Below, piece by piece: positions 24,900 through 37,735 of a stretch of 64,000 nt of DNA. How positions within the stretch are numbered: the first letter of the stretch is position 1; every line of letters begins with the position of its first letter. The translations under genes and the position numbers were made by a program. This stretch comes from Octopus sinensis (taxonomy: Eukaryota): contig NC_043008.1 of assembly GCF_006345805.1 (NCBI RefSeq), positions 51,212,001-51,276,000 on the forward strand, read 5' to 3'. Under the pieces are notes generated by a model that made no database searches, was not told where the DNA came from, and worked only from the letters and a program-made list of their open reading frames with translations.

Positions 24900-25100
24900 T
24901 ATATGACCGTGTGTGTACCGTTGGCGATTTTTTTTCTTCCCTTCTCTTGATCTTTCCTTCAATGTTTCCGACGAAGAGCTCCACTCGAAACGTTAGACCC
25001 TCCTTCTTTCCTTCTTTCCTTAGCGTCCAATAATACTATATTTGTCCCATGTCCTCGCGTTATTGTGTTTTTTTTGTGCTTTCTTGTTTGGATTAACTAT
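24900..25100 (+). mobile_element. Hammerhead-motif-bearing repeat fragment ending in (TA)n
   Basis: GTTT-CCGACGA-A-GAG CTCCA CTC-GAAACGTT-AGAC at 24964-24998, then a pyrimidine-rich tail. Confidence 0.55.
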
Positions 25101-25826
25101 ATATACACATACATACACACACATACACTTACACAAACATATATATAAGCTACAGTGATTGAATAACTCCTGTTCTTGTATCATTCATTAGTTGATGTTA
25201 TGCTCTCTACTCTTCAAATGCCCCCTCAGAAACATAAGTATATACATTCTTAACATTAATATTGCTATAACCAAACAAACCATAACATAGATCTGAGTGT
25301 GTACATGTGTATATATATACGTGTGTGTGTGTGTTTGAGGGACCAGATATTTTCCTGCCAAATTGTTCCTCTTCCTATCAACTACACCTTCCCCAGTAAC
25401 AATCCCCTACCACCCCTAATCTTTAAGATTTTCTAGGGTTTCAGTATGCCAGCATCTGTTATGTCACTTTCTAAACTTTCATTACACTAACTTGATATGT
25501 CTTTCATATACACATACAAAAAAAAAATCATTCTCTCATACACACATTTATATATATATACAAAGATATATTTGTATACATATCAACACATACACATATA
25601 TGCACACATACATACACACACATGTACAGTTATATGTACAGATATATGTAGTTATTAATACATATATATATACGTGTACATATATGTGCGTGTGCGAGTG
25701 TGTGTGTGTGTGTATATATATATATAGTGTGTGTATAGATAGATAGATAGACAGATAGATAGATACTTATTCATGTACATATATGTTAATATATTTCAAA
25801 TACATACATACATACATATCATATAT

Positions 25827-25858
<32 letters not shown>

Positions 25859-25911
25859 GCATACACACATGTGCACACATAAGGGGATGAGTATAAATAC
25901 ACACACGTGTG

Positions 25912-25948
<37 letters not shown>

Positions 25949-26548
25949 AGCTGGAAACACCATTAAAATCCTCCCCTACAGTCACCCAGCTCTAGTACCA
26001 GGTGGATATCTTATCCAGATATCTGGGATGGGATTAATGCCACCAAATACCACATACACCTAGACAGTATTTCAAACACAACCATATGACTAACAGACAA
26101 AGAATGTACCCACCATTCCCATCCCACTACAGCCCCTACACAGAGCCAACGAGGGAGCCCCAAGGGATTCACCCAATCTACTGGAAACAGCAATTAAACC
26201 CTCCTAAAATAGTACCCCTGCTACAAACTTTAATAAGGGTACAGAATTTATTAGCTTATATCAGGCTTGCTAGATACCCCTAAATAGAAATGAGGATCAA
26301 CTAGATTGGCTGTGATAGCAGTCCTAAATTCCCCAGCATCATACTGACTAAGCTGACCTAGGGCTAAACATTTAGTTGGGAGAGTCGTGGAAGGAATTAT
26401 ATTGTGCATAGTATTGTGGGTTTACCTGGGTCTAATATGACAAACAACAACAAAAACAACATAATCTGATGAGGGCTAACAGAAACAGCAGCCAAACTTT
26501 CCTCAATACATAGCCATTTATATATGTGCATGTGTGTGTACATACATA

Positions 26549-26957
26549 TACTCTTTTACTCGTTTCAGGCATTTGACTGCGGCCATGCTGGAGCACCGCC
26601 TTTAATCGAGCAACTCGACCCCGGGACTTATTCTTTGTAAGCCCAGTACTTATTCTATCAGTCTCTTTTGCCGAACCGCTAAGTGATGGGCATGTAAACA
26701 CACCAGCATCGGTTGTCAAGCAATGCTAGGGGAACAAACACAGACACACAAACACATACACACACACACATATATATATATATATACATATATACGACAG
26801 GCTTCTTTCAGTTTCCATCTACCAAATCTACTCACAAGGCATTGGTCGGCCCGAGGCTATAGCAGAAGACACTTGCCCAAGATGCCACGCAGTGGGACTG
26901 AACCCGGAACCATGTGGTTGGTTAGCAAGCTACTTACCACACAGCCACCCCTGCGCC
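26549..26957 (-). mobile_element. SINE family A, full length
   Basis: Matches the reference copy in reverse. Confidence 0.9.
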
Positions 26958-26994
26958 TATATATATATATTATATAAACATATATGTATACATA

Positions 26995-27750
26995 TAAAAT
27001 TTCCTACAACTGTCATGGTTTTAGGGATTGTCAGCAATGAAGGACATGTAACGCCTCCTTACACCTTTCCACAAGGCCTTAGAGTTAACTCTGCCGCCTA
27101 CATTGAGGTGCTGGAAATAATAGTTAAGCCCTGAATAGACAGTGTATGCAGTGGAAGGCCACATATGATTCGGTTAGACTCTACACTATCACACATAGCT
27201 CTAGTAACACAGTAATTTCTACTCTTCTCCTCTGGAAGCCATCTACTCGCAATACCAAAGGGTGCACACTCTCCTACCCTGATGTAATCTCCAGGGATAC
27301 AGGCATCCAGCAACAGGACCTCCATAATGCCATGATGGACCATGAAGCCTGGCATAGCATGGTAAATTCCATTGTCTCGACCACGGTCGAACAATGATGA
27401 TGATGATGAACACAGTAATGGGTGGCTGAAAATTTTCATGATCCCATAACCCCTAACATTTGGCCTCCTAATTCCCCATATCTTAATCCATTGGGCTATT
27501 ACATGTGGAGCATTGTTGAGAGAGAGAGGTCAATGAACATGCCCTTACCACCAAAGACTCTTTGAAAGCTGCCATAGTCAGAGTAATGTCCAAAATGAAC
27601 CAGGACCACTTCATTCGGGCATGTTGATGATTTAGATCTCCTACAGAAGCAGTTGTAAAAGCTGAAGGTGGCTTTATTGAATAACATAGAAAAGAAGGTT
27701 TATTTTTATCTTCATAGCATTTTTTGATAAAAAAAAAAAGTTACCTGTTA
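26995..27750 (+). mobile_element. Fossil maT (DD37D-type) transposase fragment of a second subfamily, interrupted by a LINE fragment
   Basis: KFPTTVMVLGIVSNEGHVTPP..GLRVNSAAYIEVL; after the insertion, ITPNIWPPNSPYLNPLGYYMW..RAC..FR..EAVVKAEGGFIE. Confidence 0.8.
27175..27412 (+). mobile_element. RTE-like LINE 3' fragment with (GAT)n tail
   Basis: LLLWKP...LSYPDVISRDTG..DLHNAMMDHEAW..V, then stop and tgatgatgatga. Confidence 0.65.
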
Positions 27751-27759
27751 TTATATTTT

Positions 27760-27961
27760 TCTCTTTTACTTGTTTCAGTCAATTGACTGTGGCCGTGCTG
27801 GAGCACCGCCTTTAATCGAGCAACTCGACCCTGGGACTTATGCTTTGTAAGCCCAGTACTTATTCTATCGGTCTCTTTTGCCGAACTGCTAAGTGACGGG
27901 GACGTAAACACACCAGCATCGGTTGTCAAGCAATGCTAGGGGGACAAACACAGACACACAA

Positions 27962-27992
<31 letters not shown>

Positions 27993-28164
27993 CACATATA
28001 TACGACAGGCGTCTTTCAGTTTCCGTCTACCAAATCCACTCACAAGGCACTGGTTGGCCCGGGGCTATAGCAGAAGACACTTGCCCAAGATGTCACGCAT
28101 TGGGACTGAACCCGGAACCATGTGGTTGGTTAGCAAGCTACTTACCACACAGCCACTCCTGCGC
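27760..28164 (-). mobile_element. SINE family A, full length
   Basis: Matches the reference copy in reverse. Confidence 0.9.
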
Positions 28165-28223
28165 TGTTTTTTTTTTTATGTCTGTTTTTTTTTTTATAAG
28201 CATAAATCTGTCCTCAAATATCT

Positions 28224-28285
28224 TACACACCCTGGATGTATGTATTACACACCCTGGATGTATGTATTACACACCCTGGATATAT
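28224..28285. repeat. 22-bp tandem repeat, ~2.7 copies (tacacaccctggatgtatgtat)
   Basis: Units start at 28224, 28246 and 28268. Confidence 0.9.
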
Positions 28286-29336
28286 GTGTGTATGTTTGTG
28301 TGTGTATATGTATGAGTAAATGAAGGTAAAACTCAATGTGTGTATTTGTGTGTGCTTACACCTTTGGTAATTGCTAAGTAGGCTTAACTTGGGCTCATTT
28401 TTCTATCTGTTTTGCATTTCATTCTGCATACTACGCATGTACTTTTAGCTATCATTGCTGTCCTTTTCCATTGACTTATATGTCTGCTTCTGTGCCCTCT
28501 CTTACCCTTTTCGGGTGGGTTCTAGTACATCTGAGTGCTGTATGCAATTAAGCTGGTTCATTACAAACCATAGACTCTGAGGTTATTTAAACTCGGAGTA
28601 CTTTGCTGTTGAAACTCGATAAGTCTTGCAACCAACTATTCTGGACTAATGCCAACATTAATCAACAGTAAATCATCATCATCACCATCATCAATATCAT
28701 CATAAGCGCTGTCACCATCACCACTACCACCACCACCACCTTCAGTATCATTGTTATCTCCATCATATTCATCACCACCATCGTTACCACACCGACACGA
28801 CCACCACCAACATCATCATCATCATTATTATTATCACTCATCCTCACCCTCATCAGCAGCAGCAGCATCCTTATAATCATCACACTCATCACTATCATCA
28901 CTCTCATACTCAAAGCCTCCTCCAATGCAGTGTCATTTGCAAAAAATAAAATAAAAAATAAGAAAATAAAAATAAGAAAACAAAATGAAAATGTTGTCAT
29001 GAGGTACTCACCATCTGGAGCCAAACATTAGTTTTCATAACTTGATTTTTCTCATCCTATTTAAAAGAGAAAAACATAAATGAATTTTATACCAATATAT
29101 ACATGTGTGTGTGTGTGTGTGTGTGTATTATATATTAACTGTCACCCTAAAACATGGAGAGTAAGATCCCAGCCTTAAACATAATATGGTTCAGAGAGTC
29201 ACCAATGGCAATGGGGAACAGTTTAAAATACTCACTAAGTTTCTGTGGTCCTACTATAGTTTATTGTCAAAACCTTCTGTTGCCAAATGAAACCTTTAGA
29301 ATCTTGGTTCCAAATGTTGGCATTTATTATTATTAT

Positions 29337-29556
29337 TTAGGCTCTGAGCTGGCAGAAATGTTAGCATGTGGGGTGAAATACTTAGAACGTAAAGACAGAT
29401 GAAATACTGCTGAGTTCAAATTCCGCTGAGGTCGACTTCATCTTTCGTTTTTTCGAGGTCGATAAATTAAGTACCAGTTGCGTACTGGGGTCGATCTAAT
29501 CGACTGAATCCCTCCCCCCAAACTTTTCAGGCCTTGTGCCTAGAGTAGAAAAGGAT
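29337..29556 (+). mobile_element. SINE family B, tail type 2
   Basis: Core and caggccttgtgcctagagtagaaaaggattatt tail. Confidence 0.85.
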
Positions 29557-29573
29557 TATTATTATCATTATTA

Positions 29574-29888
29574 TTGAGTGAGAGAGTAATGCATGCCAAC
29601 AGAGTAACACTGGAGTACAATTATATGAAGCCCAATCTACCTGTCATGACTACTCATCTGATAGGGGCACAACATGCACATGCATCACAACCACTTGTGC
29701 TCAACATGGTCATCTTATATCAAGGTAAACAGTGCATGACCTTGCAGGTGGAACCCAGTTAGAATTTTCTTCAGGTTGAGTAGAGCATCCGACTCAAAAA
29801 GGGTCTGAATAAGGTTTGTTTAAGGATACTGAATGAAACACCCATGTCTCCAAAGGTGAATTATCCAAACCCCCAAAATTTCCTCTCC
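29574..29888. mobile_element. Partial second copy of the 6381-6940 element
   Basis: Colinear similarity starting at tgagtgagag. Confidence 0.7.
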
Positions 29889-30416
29889 ATCCTGCAGCTT
29901 AGAGATGCAACACTTTCTTCAGCACATGGGCTGTTCCAAGATAGCATTTGTTTGTAAAGATTGTTCTTGACCAGCAAGTATTAGTCCTTCTCTTCCTTTC
30001 ATAAAGAAACCACATCTTAAACCATCTCTAAGATTCTTCATCAGTTTCATCTGCTAAAAAGAAACTCGCTGTGTAGCACTTTCTCCTTCCATTTGATGAT
30101 CTTTTCTCTATTAGTCCTTCAATTGTATTCCTGGAGGGTCCCACCATTGTCATTGAGCCCCTTCTCTCTCTGTGCAGTCTGCAACATCCTTGCATCACTA
30201 TTCCTCAGATAAGCATGCTAGGACTCGATCTCCTTCACAGCACCATCTTCTGTTCTAACCAGTCCTCTACCGCCTTCCTTCCTAGGTATTATATAGCTTT
30301 GCTAAGTTACCTCCAGCATGAAGGTGTCCATGCAAGGCATTACATTCCTAGATTTTCTGTCCATGTTGACAAGTTCTTCCTTTGTCCATTCCACAACACT
30401 TGCATAGTAATGTATC
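29889..30416 (-). mobile_element. Fossil R4/Dong/NeSL-like non-LTR retrotransposon, post-RT region
   Basis: WTKEELVNMDRKSR..LYIPRKEGGRGL..WKEKVLH..EGLILAGQEQSLQTN. Confidence 0.75.
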
Positions 30417-30417
30417 A

Positions 30418-30832
30418 CTAGCAGCATAGCCCGGCGTTGCCTGGGTATGTAAGAGCCCCTAGTAAGCAACGACTAATCCCAATCTAGTTCTTTCCCTCTA
30501 GGGAACGAAGAGCACATGTGTAGTTTGCAATGTCTTCTCTTCACTCGAATACTTCTATGTATAGGATGTTCCTAGCTGTCTCCCGACAGAAAATGTGTTG
30601 CATATAAAAAGCTTAGATTCTCGACCCCATGTCGAATTTATTGATTTTTTTTCAGAACTGGGGGAACTTTTCAAAATTTTCGGTGCGTTAGTTTTGAATT
30701 ATGACATTGGGCTATGTGTGTGTCAAGTTTCATAAGAATCGGTTGAAAGCCGTGGTCAGGGTGAGGGTACAACCTGACAGCCACACAGACAAACAGACAG
30801 ACAAACTGCCGTTTATATATACAGAGAAGAGA
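30418..30832 (-). mobile_element. Non-autonomous Helitron
   Basis: Minus strand reads A|TC...cccaggcaacgccggg hairpin, 8 nt, CTAG|T: canonical termini and AT target; internal (CTGT)n. Confidence 0.8.
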
Positions 30833-30955
30833 TATCTACAGCCTATGTGTTGATGCCTCTAGCCAAGTTCCCTCCATTTTGCTTAGGCCTTGAAAATTAG
30901 ATATATATATTTCCGAAGTTGAGATAGATATCTGCAGCTAGCAGGCTTCTGCTAC

Positions 30956-31002
30956 TCTAGACCGATGATGGGCAAAGACCCTGAAACATGCGTGTCTCTA
31001 GA
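30956..31002 (+). ncRNA. Type I hammerhead-like motif (U4>C variant)
   Basis: TCTAGA-CCGATGA-TGGG CAAAGA CCCT-GAAACA TGCG TGTC-TCTAGA; GUC triplet. Confidence 0.6.
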
Positions 31003-31330
31003 TGCAGGCCTGGTTGCTGGGGGTGTTTGTCTCCCCTTCGTAAATATATAAGGACACAGGAAATGTGTCGAAATCGACAGGAAGCGTCGATGCTTCCTAG
31101 GGCTAAACAGCGGTGGTGTAATCCCCTACTGTCATGTTAAATTGACAGTATACAACCATTGTATCGCCCCACCACCGTACATATCTCTATGAGAGATTTA
31201 GAAATTTAATATTTCTGACTTTTTAACTCTTTTGGCAGGAATACACACATACACACACACATGCATATATATTAACAAACGCACGGTCAAAGAAATACAC
31301 TCACTCAAAAATGCACATACACACATACAT

Positions 31331-31714
31331 GCTCTTTTACTCTTTCACTTGTTTCAGTCATATGACTGTGGAGCACTGTCTTCAGTTGAAGAAATCGACC
31401 CCAGAATTTATTCTTTGTAAACCTGGTATTTATTCTATTTGTCTTTTTTACCAAACTGCTAAGTTATGGGGACATAAGCTAACCAACATCGGCTGTCAAG
31501 CAATAGTGAGGGGACAAGTACAGACATACAAATACATACATATATATATATCTATACAAAGGGCTTCTTTCAGTTTCCATCTACCAAATCCACTCACAAG
31601 TCTTTGGTCGGCACGAGGCTATAGTAGAAGACACCTGCCCAAGGTACCATGAAGTGGGACTGAACCTGGAACCATGTGGTTGGGAAGCAAACTTCTTACC
31701 ACACAGCTATGCCA
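31331..31714 (-). mobile_element. SINE family A, diverged
   Basis: Colinear with the reference copy. Confidence 0.85.
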
Positions 31715-32529
31715 GCACATACATACATGCATAACAGAGTATACATCCACACATAGTTAAATGTACACATATACACACACACACATACAGCACACACATG
31801 CATAGCAAAACACATTTCTATACAGACTTAAACATAACAGATTAAAATACACACACACACACAATAAAGTACACTTCTACACACAGGCTTAAGCATGTAC
31901 ACATGTATACACACGTACCAACACTTGAAAATGCAAACACATTCATACAAAATAAACACACTACCCACGTACACATACACACACATGCAAGCCCAAAGAC
32001 ACACACACACACACACAGTGTCTTTTAATATATAAGCAATTGTAGAGTGATAATAGAATGATAGGGGAGAGAGGGGGGAGGAAAGAAAGGAAGGAAGAAG
32101 AGCTACAGTGAAAGAGAAAGAGAGAGATAGAAAAGGAGAGGGAGAATGTCAAAGAGAGAGACACACAGACAGACAAAATATAAAGAGAGAGACAAAGATA
32201 TATAGAGTAACAGAGAGACAGAGACATAGTGAGTGAGAGAGGGAAAAAGAGATATAAGGAGAGAGAGAGAGAGAGAGGGAAAAAGAGATATAAGGAGAGA
32301 GAGATACAGTGTGTGAAGGTGACAGATATGAAAAGAGAGAGAGAAGGAAATAGAGAGAGTGACAGATATAATGAATGAGAGGAGGAGACAGGGATATATA
32401 GAGAGTGACAAAGACAGAGAGATGTAGTGTGAGAGGGAGATAGAAATATTAGAGAGAGTGAGACAAAGATATATAGAATGAGTGAAAGAGAGAGATAGTG
32501 AATGAGAAAGAGATATGTGTATATATATA

Positions 32530-32754
32530 TAATATTTAAATAATGAGGGAGATAAATTAATATTAATTTAATTAACATCAATTTAAAACCAGTAGCCTAG
32601 CATACAAAAATCTGAAAAATCAGAGAAAATTCTAATAAATGTGTATATTCAAAGGGCAAGACCACTAGGTAGTCGGCCGTATGCTAGAAATAGATCACCA
32701 ACGATGGTGATCTATTCTAGCATACGGCCGACTACCTAGTGGTCTTGCCCTTTG
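32530..32754. mobile_element. (TA)n-anchored repeat, third copy, ending in a ~50-bp near-perfect palindrome
   Basis: Arms 32650-32700 and 32705-32754, 4-nt loop, one 1-nt indel. Confidence 0.85.
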
Positions 32755-33534
32755 TCAGCGGTGGTGGCGATGGCAGCAGTGGTAGTGATGGCCATGGTTG
32801 TAGTGGCTGTAGTGCTGTCAATGATGATGGTGCTAGTGCCATGGGTTGTATTAACAGGGTGTGTGTGTGTGTATATATATATATAGAGAGAGAGAGAGAG
32901 AAAGAGAAAGTGACAGAGAAACAGGCATGTAGCAAGTGAGAGAGGGAGACAGGTATATAGAGAGAAAGTGAGAGAGATAGACAGATATAGTGAGTGAGTG
33001 AGTGAGTGAGTGAGTGAGAGAGGGAGACAGAGATATAAAGACAGGGAGGGAGAGAGAGAGAAGGAAAGAGTCTCAAGGGTCCTGTGTATTGGAGGAACTG
33101 TTCAGTATATATACATAACAGACAGCTGTGCCAGCAGAACATACTGGAAGTTGACAGACCCAGCTGTAGCAACAGCAGCAGCAGTAGAGTCAGGAGCTGT
33201 AGGTAGGTGTAGCAGTATTGGAGTAAGGAGGAAGGGTGAGGGGGTAGATACGGTGGTGGTGAGAGTGAGAGGTGTGTGAATAAGTGTGAGGGGGGGTGGA
33301 GAAGAGGAAGTGTGGTGGAAGGAAATGTAGGCCTCCTCCTCCACCTTGCCTTCTTCCTCTCCAGCTGTTATGTGTGTGTGCTTGTAAAGCATGCATGTGT
33401 ATGTGAGTGTGTGTGTGTGAGTGTACAGGCATGTGTGTGTGTGCGTGTGTACAGGCATGTGTGTGTGTGTGTGTGTGTACAGGCATGTGTGTGTGTGCGT
33501 GTGTGTTGGTTTTTATGTTTATGGATATTCTTTC

Positions 33535-34140
33535 TTTTTTATTTGTTTCAGCTATTTCACTGTGGCCATGCTGCAGCACCGTCTTTTAAGTCGAGCAAAT
33601 CGACCCCCCAGGACTTATTCTTTTGTAAGCCTAGTACTTATTCTATCGGTCCCTTTTGCTGAACCGCTAAGTTACAGGGATGTAAACACTCCAGCATCGG
33701 TTGTCAAGCAATGCTAGGGGGGACAAACACACTTATACATATACTCTTTTACTCGTTTCAGTCATTTGACTGCGGCCATGCTGGAGCACCGCCTTTACTC
33801 GAGCAACTCAACCCCGAGACTTATTCTTTTGTAAGCCCAGTACTTATTCTATCGGTCTCTTTTGCCGAACTGCTAGGTAACGGGGACATAAACACACCAG
33901 CATCGGTTGTCAAGCAATGCTAGGGGGGACAAACACAGACACGCATATATATATATATATATATATACATATATACGACGGGCTTCTTTTCAGTTTCCGT
34001 CTACCAAATCCACTCACAAGGCTTTGGTCGGCCTGAGGCTATAGTAGAAGACACTTGCCCAAGGTGCCATGCAGTGGGACTGAACCCGGAACCATGTGGT
34101 TGGTAAACAAGCTACTTACCACACAGCCATTCCTGCGCTT
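33535..34140 (-). mobile_element. Two tandem SINE family A copies (partial plus full)
   Basis: 33535-33725 and 33742-34139. Confidence 0.85.
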
Positions 34141-34208
34141 ATATATACACACACAGATATATATGTATGTGTATGTATATAAATATATATATGTATATAT
34201 ACATACAT

Positions 34209-34239
<31 letters not shown>

Positions 34240-34598
34240 CACGACAGGCTTCTGTCAGTTTCTGTCTACCAAATCCACTTCAGATCTGTTGGAAATTGAA
34301 CCAGAGCCTGTGTTTATTATTTTCCTCTACACTATGCACAGGCCCAAAATTTTTTGCATATAGTGTAAACATGTAGTGTAAACATTGAAACATCGTCATC
34401 AACTTTCCAAATCGATTATCATTTCACGTGGAATTTTTGGTCCTCCAAAGCAGACCCGCCTGTTTTGGTTGGAAAATTCTGGTCTGGAAAATTCAACTTG
34501 TATACCAGAAAATACAACGGTTTCTATGGTTGGATGCCAGACAGAGTATACAGGGTACTTTTTCCCCGGTACCAATATTACTGATGTTGCCTTACAAT

Positions 34599-35071
34599 TC
34601 TTTTCTACTCTAGGCACAAGGCCTGAAATTTTTGGAGAGGGGCCAAGTCAGTTAGATTGACCCTAGTATGCAACTGGTACTTATTTTATCAACCCTGAAA
34701 GGATGAAAGGCAAAGTTGACTTCAGTGGAATTTGAACTCAGAAAGTATAGACAGACAAAATACCACTATGCATTTCGTCAGGATTTCTAACATTTCTGCC
34801 AGCTCAATACCTTACAATTCACAAGACTAATAAGCACCACCTATTTCTTTATTACCCACAAGGGGCTAAACACAGAGGGGACAAACAAGGACAGACATAG
34901 GTATTAAGTCGATTACATCGACCCCAGTGCATAACTGCTACTTAATTTATAAACCCCGAAAGGATGAAAGGCAAAGTCGACCTCGGCGGAATTTGAACTC
35001 ACAACGTAACGCAGACGAAATACCGCAAAGCATTTCGCTCGGCGTGCTAACGTTTCTGCCAGCTCGCCGCC
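34599..35071 (-). mobile_element. Two SINE family B copies (tail type 2 at 34599-34805; tail type 1 at 34840-35071)
   Basis: Reverse matches to consensus. Confidence 0.85.
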
Positions 35072-35261
35072 CCACACACACTCACATGCATTCACAATGA
35101 GAGGGAGAAGAGGACAGTGGGGGGGGTGAATTATGGCAAAGTGTTAAGAAGTTGAAGTACGCAGGTTTGTTGTTGCAAGAATGATGGAGTGGAGAGTCTA
35201 ATAGACTGTGTTAGAGAAGGAGATAAGGGAGGGGAAAGAAAGAGTAAGAGTGGACACAAGA

Positions 35262-35683
35262 GGTGGCGAGCTGGCAGAAACGTTAGCAAGCCGGGCAAAA
35301 TGCTTTGTGGTATTTCGTCCGCCGCTGGGTTCTGAGTTCAAATTCCGCCGAGGTCGACTTCATCTCGACTTTGCCTTTCATCCTTTCGAGGTCGATAAAA
35401 TAAGGACCAGTTACGCACTGGGGTCGACATAATCGACTTAATCCGTTTGTCTGTCCTTGTTTGTCCCTTCTGTGTTTAGCCCCTTGTGGGTAGTAAAGAA
35501 ATAGAAATATGTATTTCGTCTGCCGTTACGTTCTGAGTTCAAATTCTGCCGAGGTCGATGTTGCCGTACATCCTTTCGGGGTCGATAAATTAAGTACCAG
35601 TTACGCACTGGAGTCAATGTAATCGACTTAATCCCTTTGTCTGTCCCCTCTATGTTTAGCCCCTTGTGGGCAATAAAGAAATA
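35262..35683 (+). mobile_element. SINE family B full copy plus adjacent 5'-truncated copy
   Basis: Core and tail type 1 each present twice. Confidence 0.85.
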
Positions 35684-36130
35684 AGAGTGGGTGAGAGAGA
35701 GGGGGGAAAGAGAAAATAATGTGAGGCAGTAGAGAGGGGTGGGTGGAGTATCTTCTGTCATTCATACTTTGCTTCGGTCACTAGACTGCGGCCATGCTGG
35801 GGCAGCACCTGGAGGAATTTTAATTGAATGAATTGGTCCCAAGTACTTATATTTTGTCAAAGACAGTTCCTTATGCTACCAGTCTTTTTTGATGAACTGC
35901 TAAGTTGTGGGGTTGTCGAGAAGTAGAGGGGGACAAACATACATGCGAGCGTACACACACATACACACACGTGTATGTGTGTGTGTGTGTGTGTATACTA
36001 CAATGGATTTCTTTCAGTTTCCATCTACCAAATCTACTAGAAAACAGTGTGGTGATGAAAGAATCAGGAAGAGGGCGAATAAAGATGGCAAGACATGAAT
36101 AAAGGAAGAAAGGTATGTTAAGTACAATAA

Positions 36131-36338
36131 GGCGGCGGGCTGGCAGAAACGTTAGCATGTTGGGCGTTCCGAGTACCGAGTTCAAATTCCGCCGAGGTCG
36201 ACTTTGCCTTTCATCCTTTCTGGGTCGATTAAATAAGTACCAGTTACGCACTGGGGTCGATATAATCGACTTAATCCGTTTGTCTGCCCTTGTTTGTCCT
36301 CTCTGTGTTTAGTCCCTTGTGGGTAGTAAAGAAATAGG
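36131..36338 (+). mobile_element. SINE family B with 19-bp TSD
   Basis: aggtatgttaagtacaata at 36111-36129 and 36336-36354. Confidence 0.9.
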
Positions 36339-36369
36339 TATGTTAAGTACAATACAAGACCACATAGCC

Positions 36370-36600
36370 AAATTATCACAAGATGAAAATTAAAACTAGC
36401 AGGTGATATACTCTGGCTACCAGAACATGTGTGCTTAGGCTACCTGAACAATGCCTTTCTAAAATAATTTTCAAATGGACAGCATGCAAAGTAAGAATGA
36501 AAGAGAAGGGGAAAACCGAAAACTGTATGGTGTAGGACATTCATAAATGATGGGAGAGAGGTCAATATGACATGGCCAAATAAATACTTGATGATAATTG
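36370..36600 (+). mobile_element. Old RTE C-terminal fossil
   Basis: KLKLAGDILWLPE..FKW..GKPKTVWCRTF resembles the RTE C-terminus. Confidence 0.5.
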
Positions 36601-36811
36601 AGACAAGTTCCTAATGAGAAGGGAAGGTCACCTAAGGAATCGAAGACATTCGGATTGTTTAAGGCAATAAGACTGCTGTAGATATGTTCCTGCTTTAGCA
36701 TTGATTAGTGTCATTGGATGGGTATCACAACCGTTACTAGTTTCAACAGATGCTCTGTGGCCATGCTGGGGCAACTGCATTATGCAACATATCTGTATTA
36801 TATATGTACTA

Positions 36812-37212
36812 TACTCTTTTACTTGTTTCAGTCATTTGACTGCAGCCATGCTGAAGCACCGCCTTTAGTTGAGCAAATCGACCCTGGGACTTATTCTTTG
36901 TAAGCCCAGTACTTATTCTATCGGTCTCTTTTGCTGAACCGCTAAGTGACGGGGACGTAAACACACCAGCATCGGTTGTCAATCAATGCTAGGGGACAGA
37001 CACACAAACACATACACACACATATACATATATATATATATACATATATACGACGGGCTCCTTTTAGTTTCTGTCTACCAAATCCACTCACAAGGCATTG
37101 GTCGGCCCGGGGCTATAGCAGAAGACACTTGCCCAAGATGCCACGCAGTGGGACTGAACTTGGAACCATGTGGTTAGTTAGCAAGCTATTACCACACAGC
37201 CACTCCTGTGCC
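36812..37212 (-). mobile_element. SINE family A, full length
   Basis: Matches the reference copy in reverse. Confidence 0.9.
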
Positions 37213-37565
37213 TGTACTATATGTACATATTATAATATACCATCATTATCATAATCAGCATCACCATCATTTAACATCCATTTTCCATGCTGGTATGGGT
37301 TGGACAGTTTGCCTGGAAACGGATGATCTGGGGAAATGCACCAGGTTCCAATCTGATTTGGCATGGTTTCTACAGCTGGATGCCCTTCCAAGAGTGTAGT
37401 GAGTGCTTTTTACATGCCAGTTATTTGTGGTTTGGGCTTTAACTGCTTTTTCTAGCATGTAAGGTGTCCTGTCAAAGGTCACCTCTTTCTTGTATTAATA
37501 AATTGTTTATACACTATTATATATATACACATATATATTATAACATGGACATGTATGTAGTATAT

Positions 37566-37702
37566 AGGAGTGGCTGTGTGGTAAGTAGCTTGTTTACCAA
37601 CCACATGGTTCCGGGTTCAGTCCCACCTCTTCTACTATAGCCTCGGGCCGACCAAAGCCTTGTGAGTGGATTTGGTAGACGGAAACTGAAAGAAGCCCGT
37701 CG

Positions 37703-37735
<33 letters not shown>

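Noticed and set aside
29006-29031. Minus-strand CTAAT..CCAG|ATG|GTGAGT, a possible 3-nt microexon
   Set aside because: One such match is plausible by chance in 64 kb; no other exon or transcript support.
34385-34660. 91-aa non-repetitive ORF as a host exon
   Set aside because: Runs into a SINE-B; no recognisable domain or splice context.
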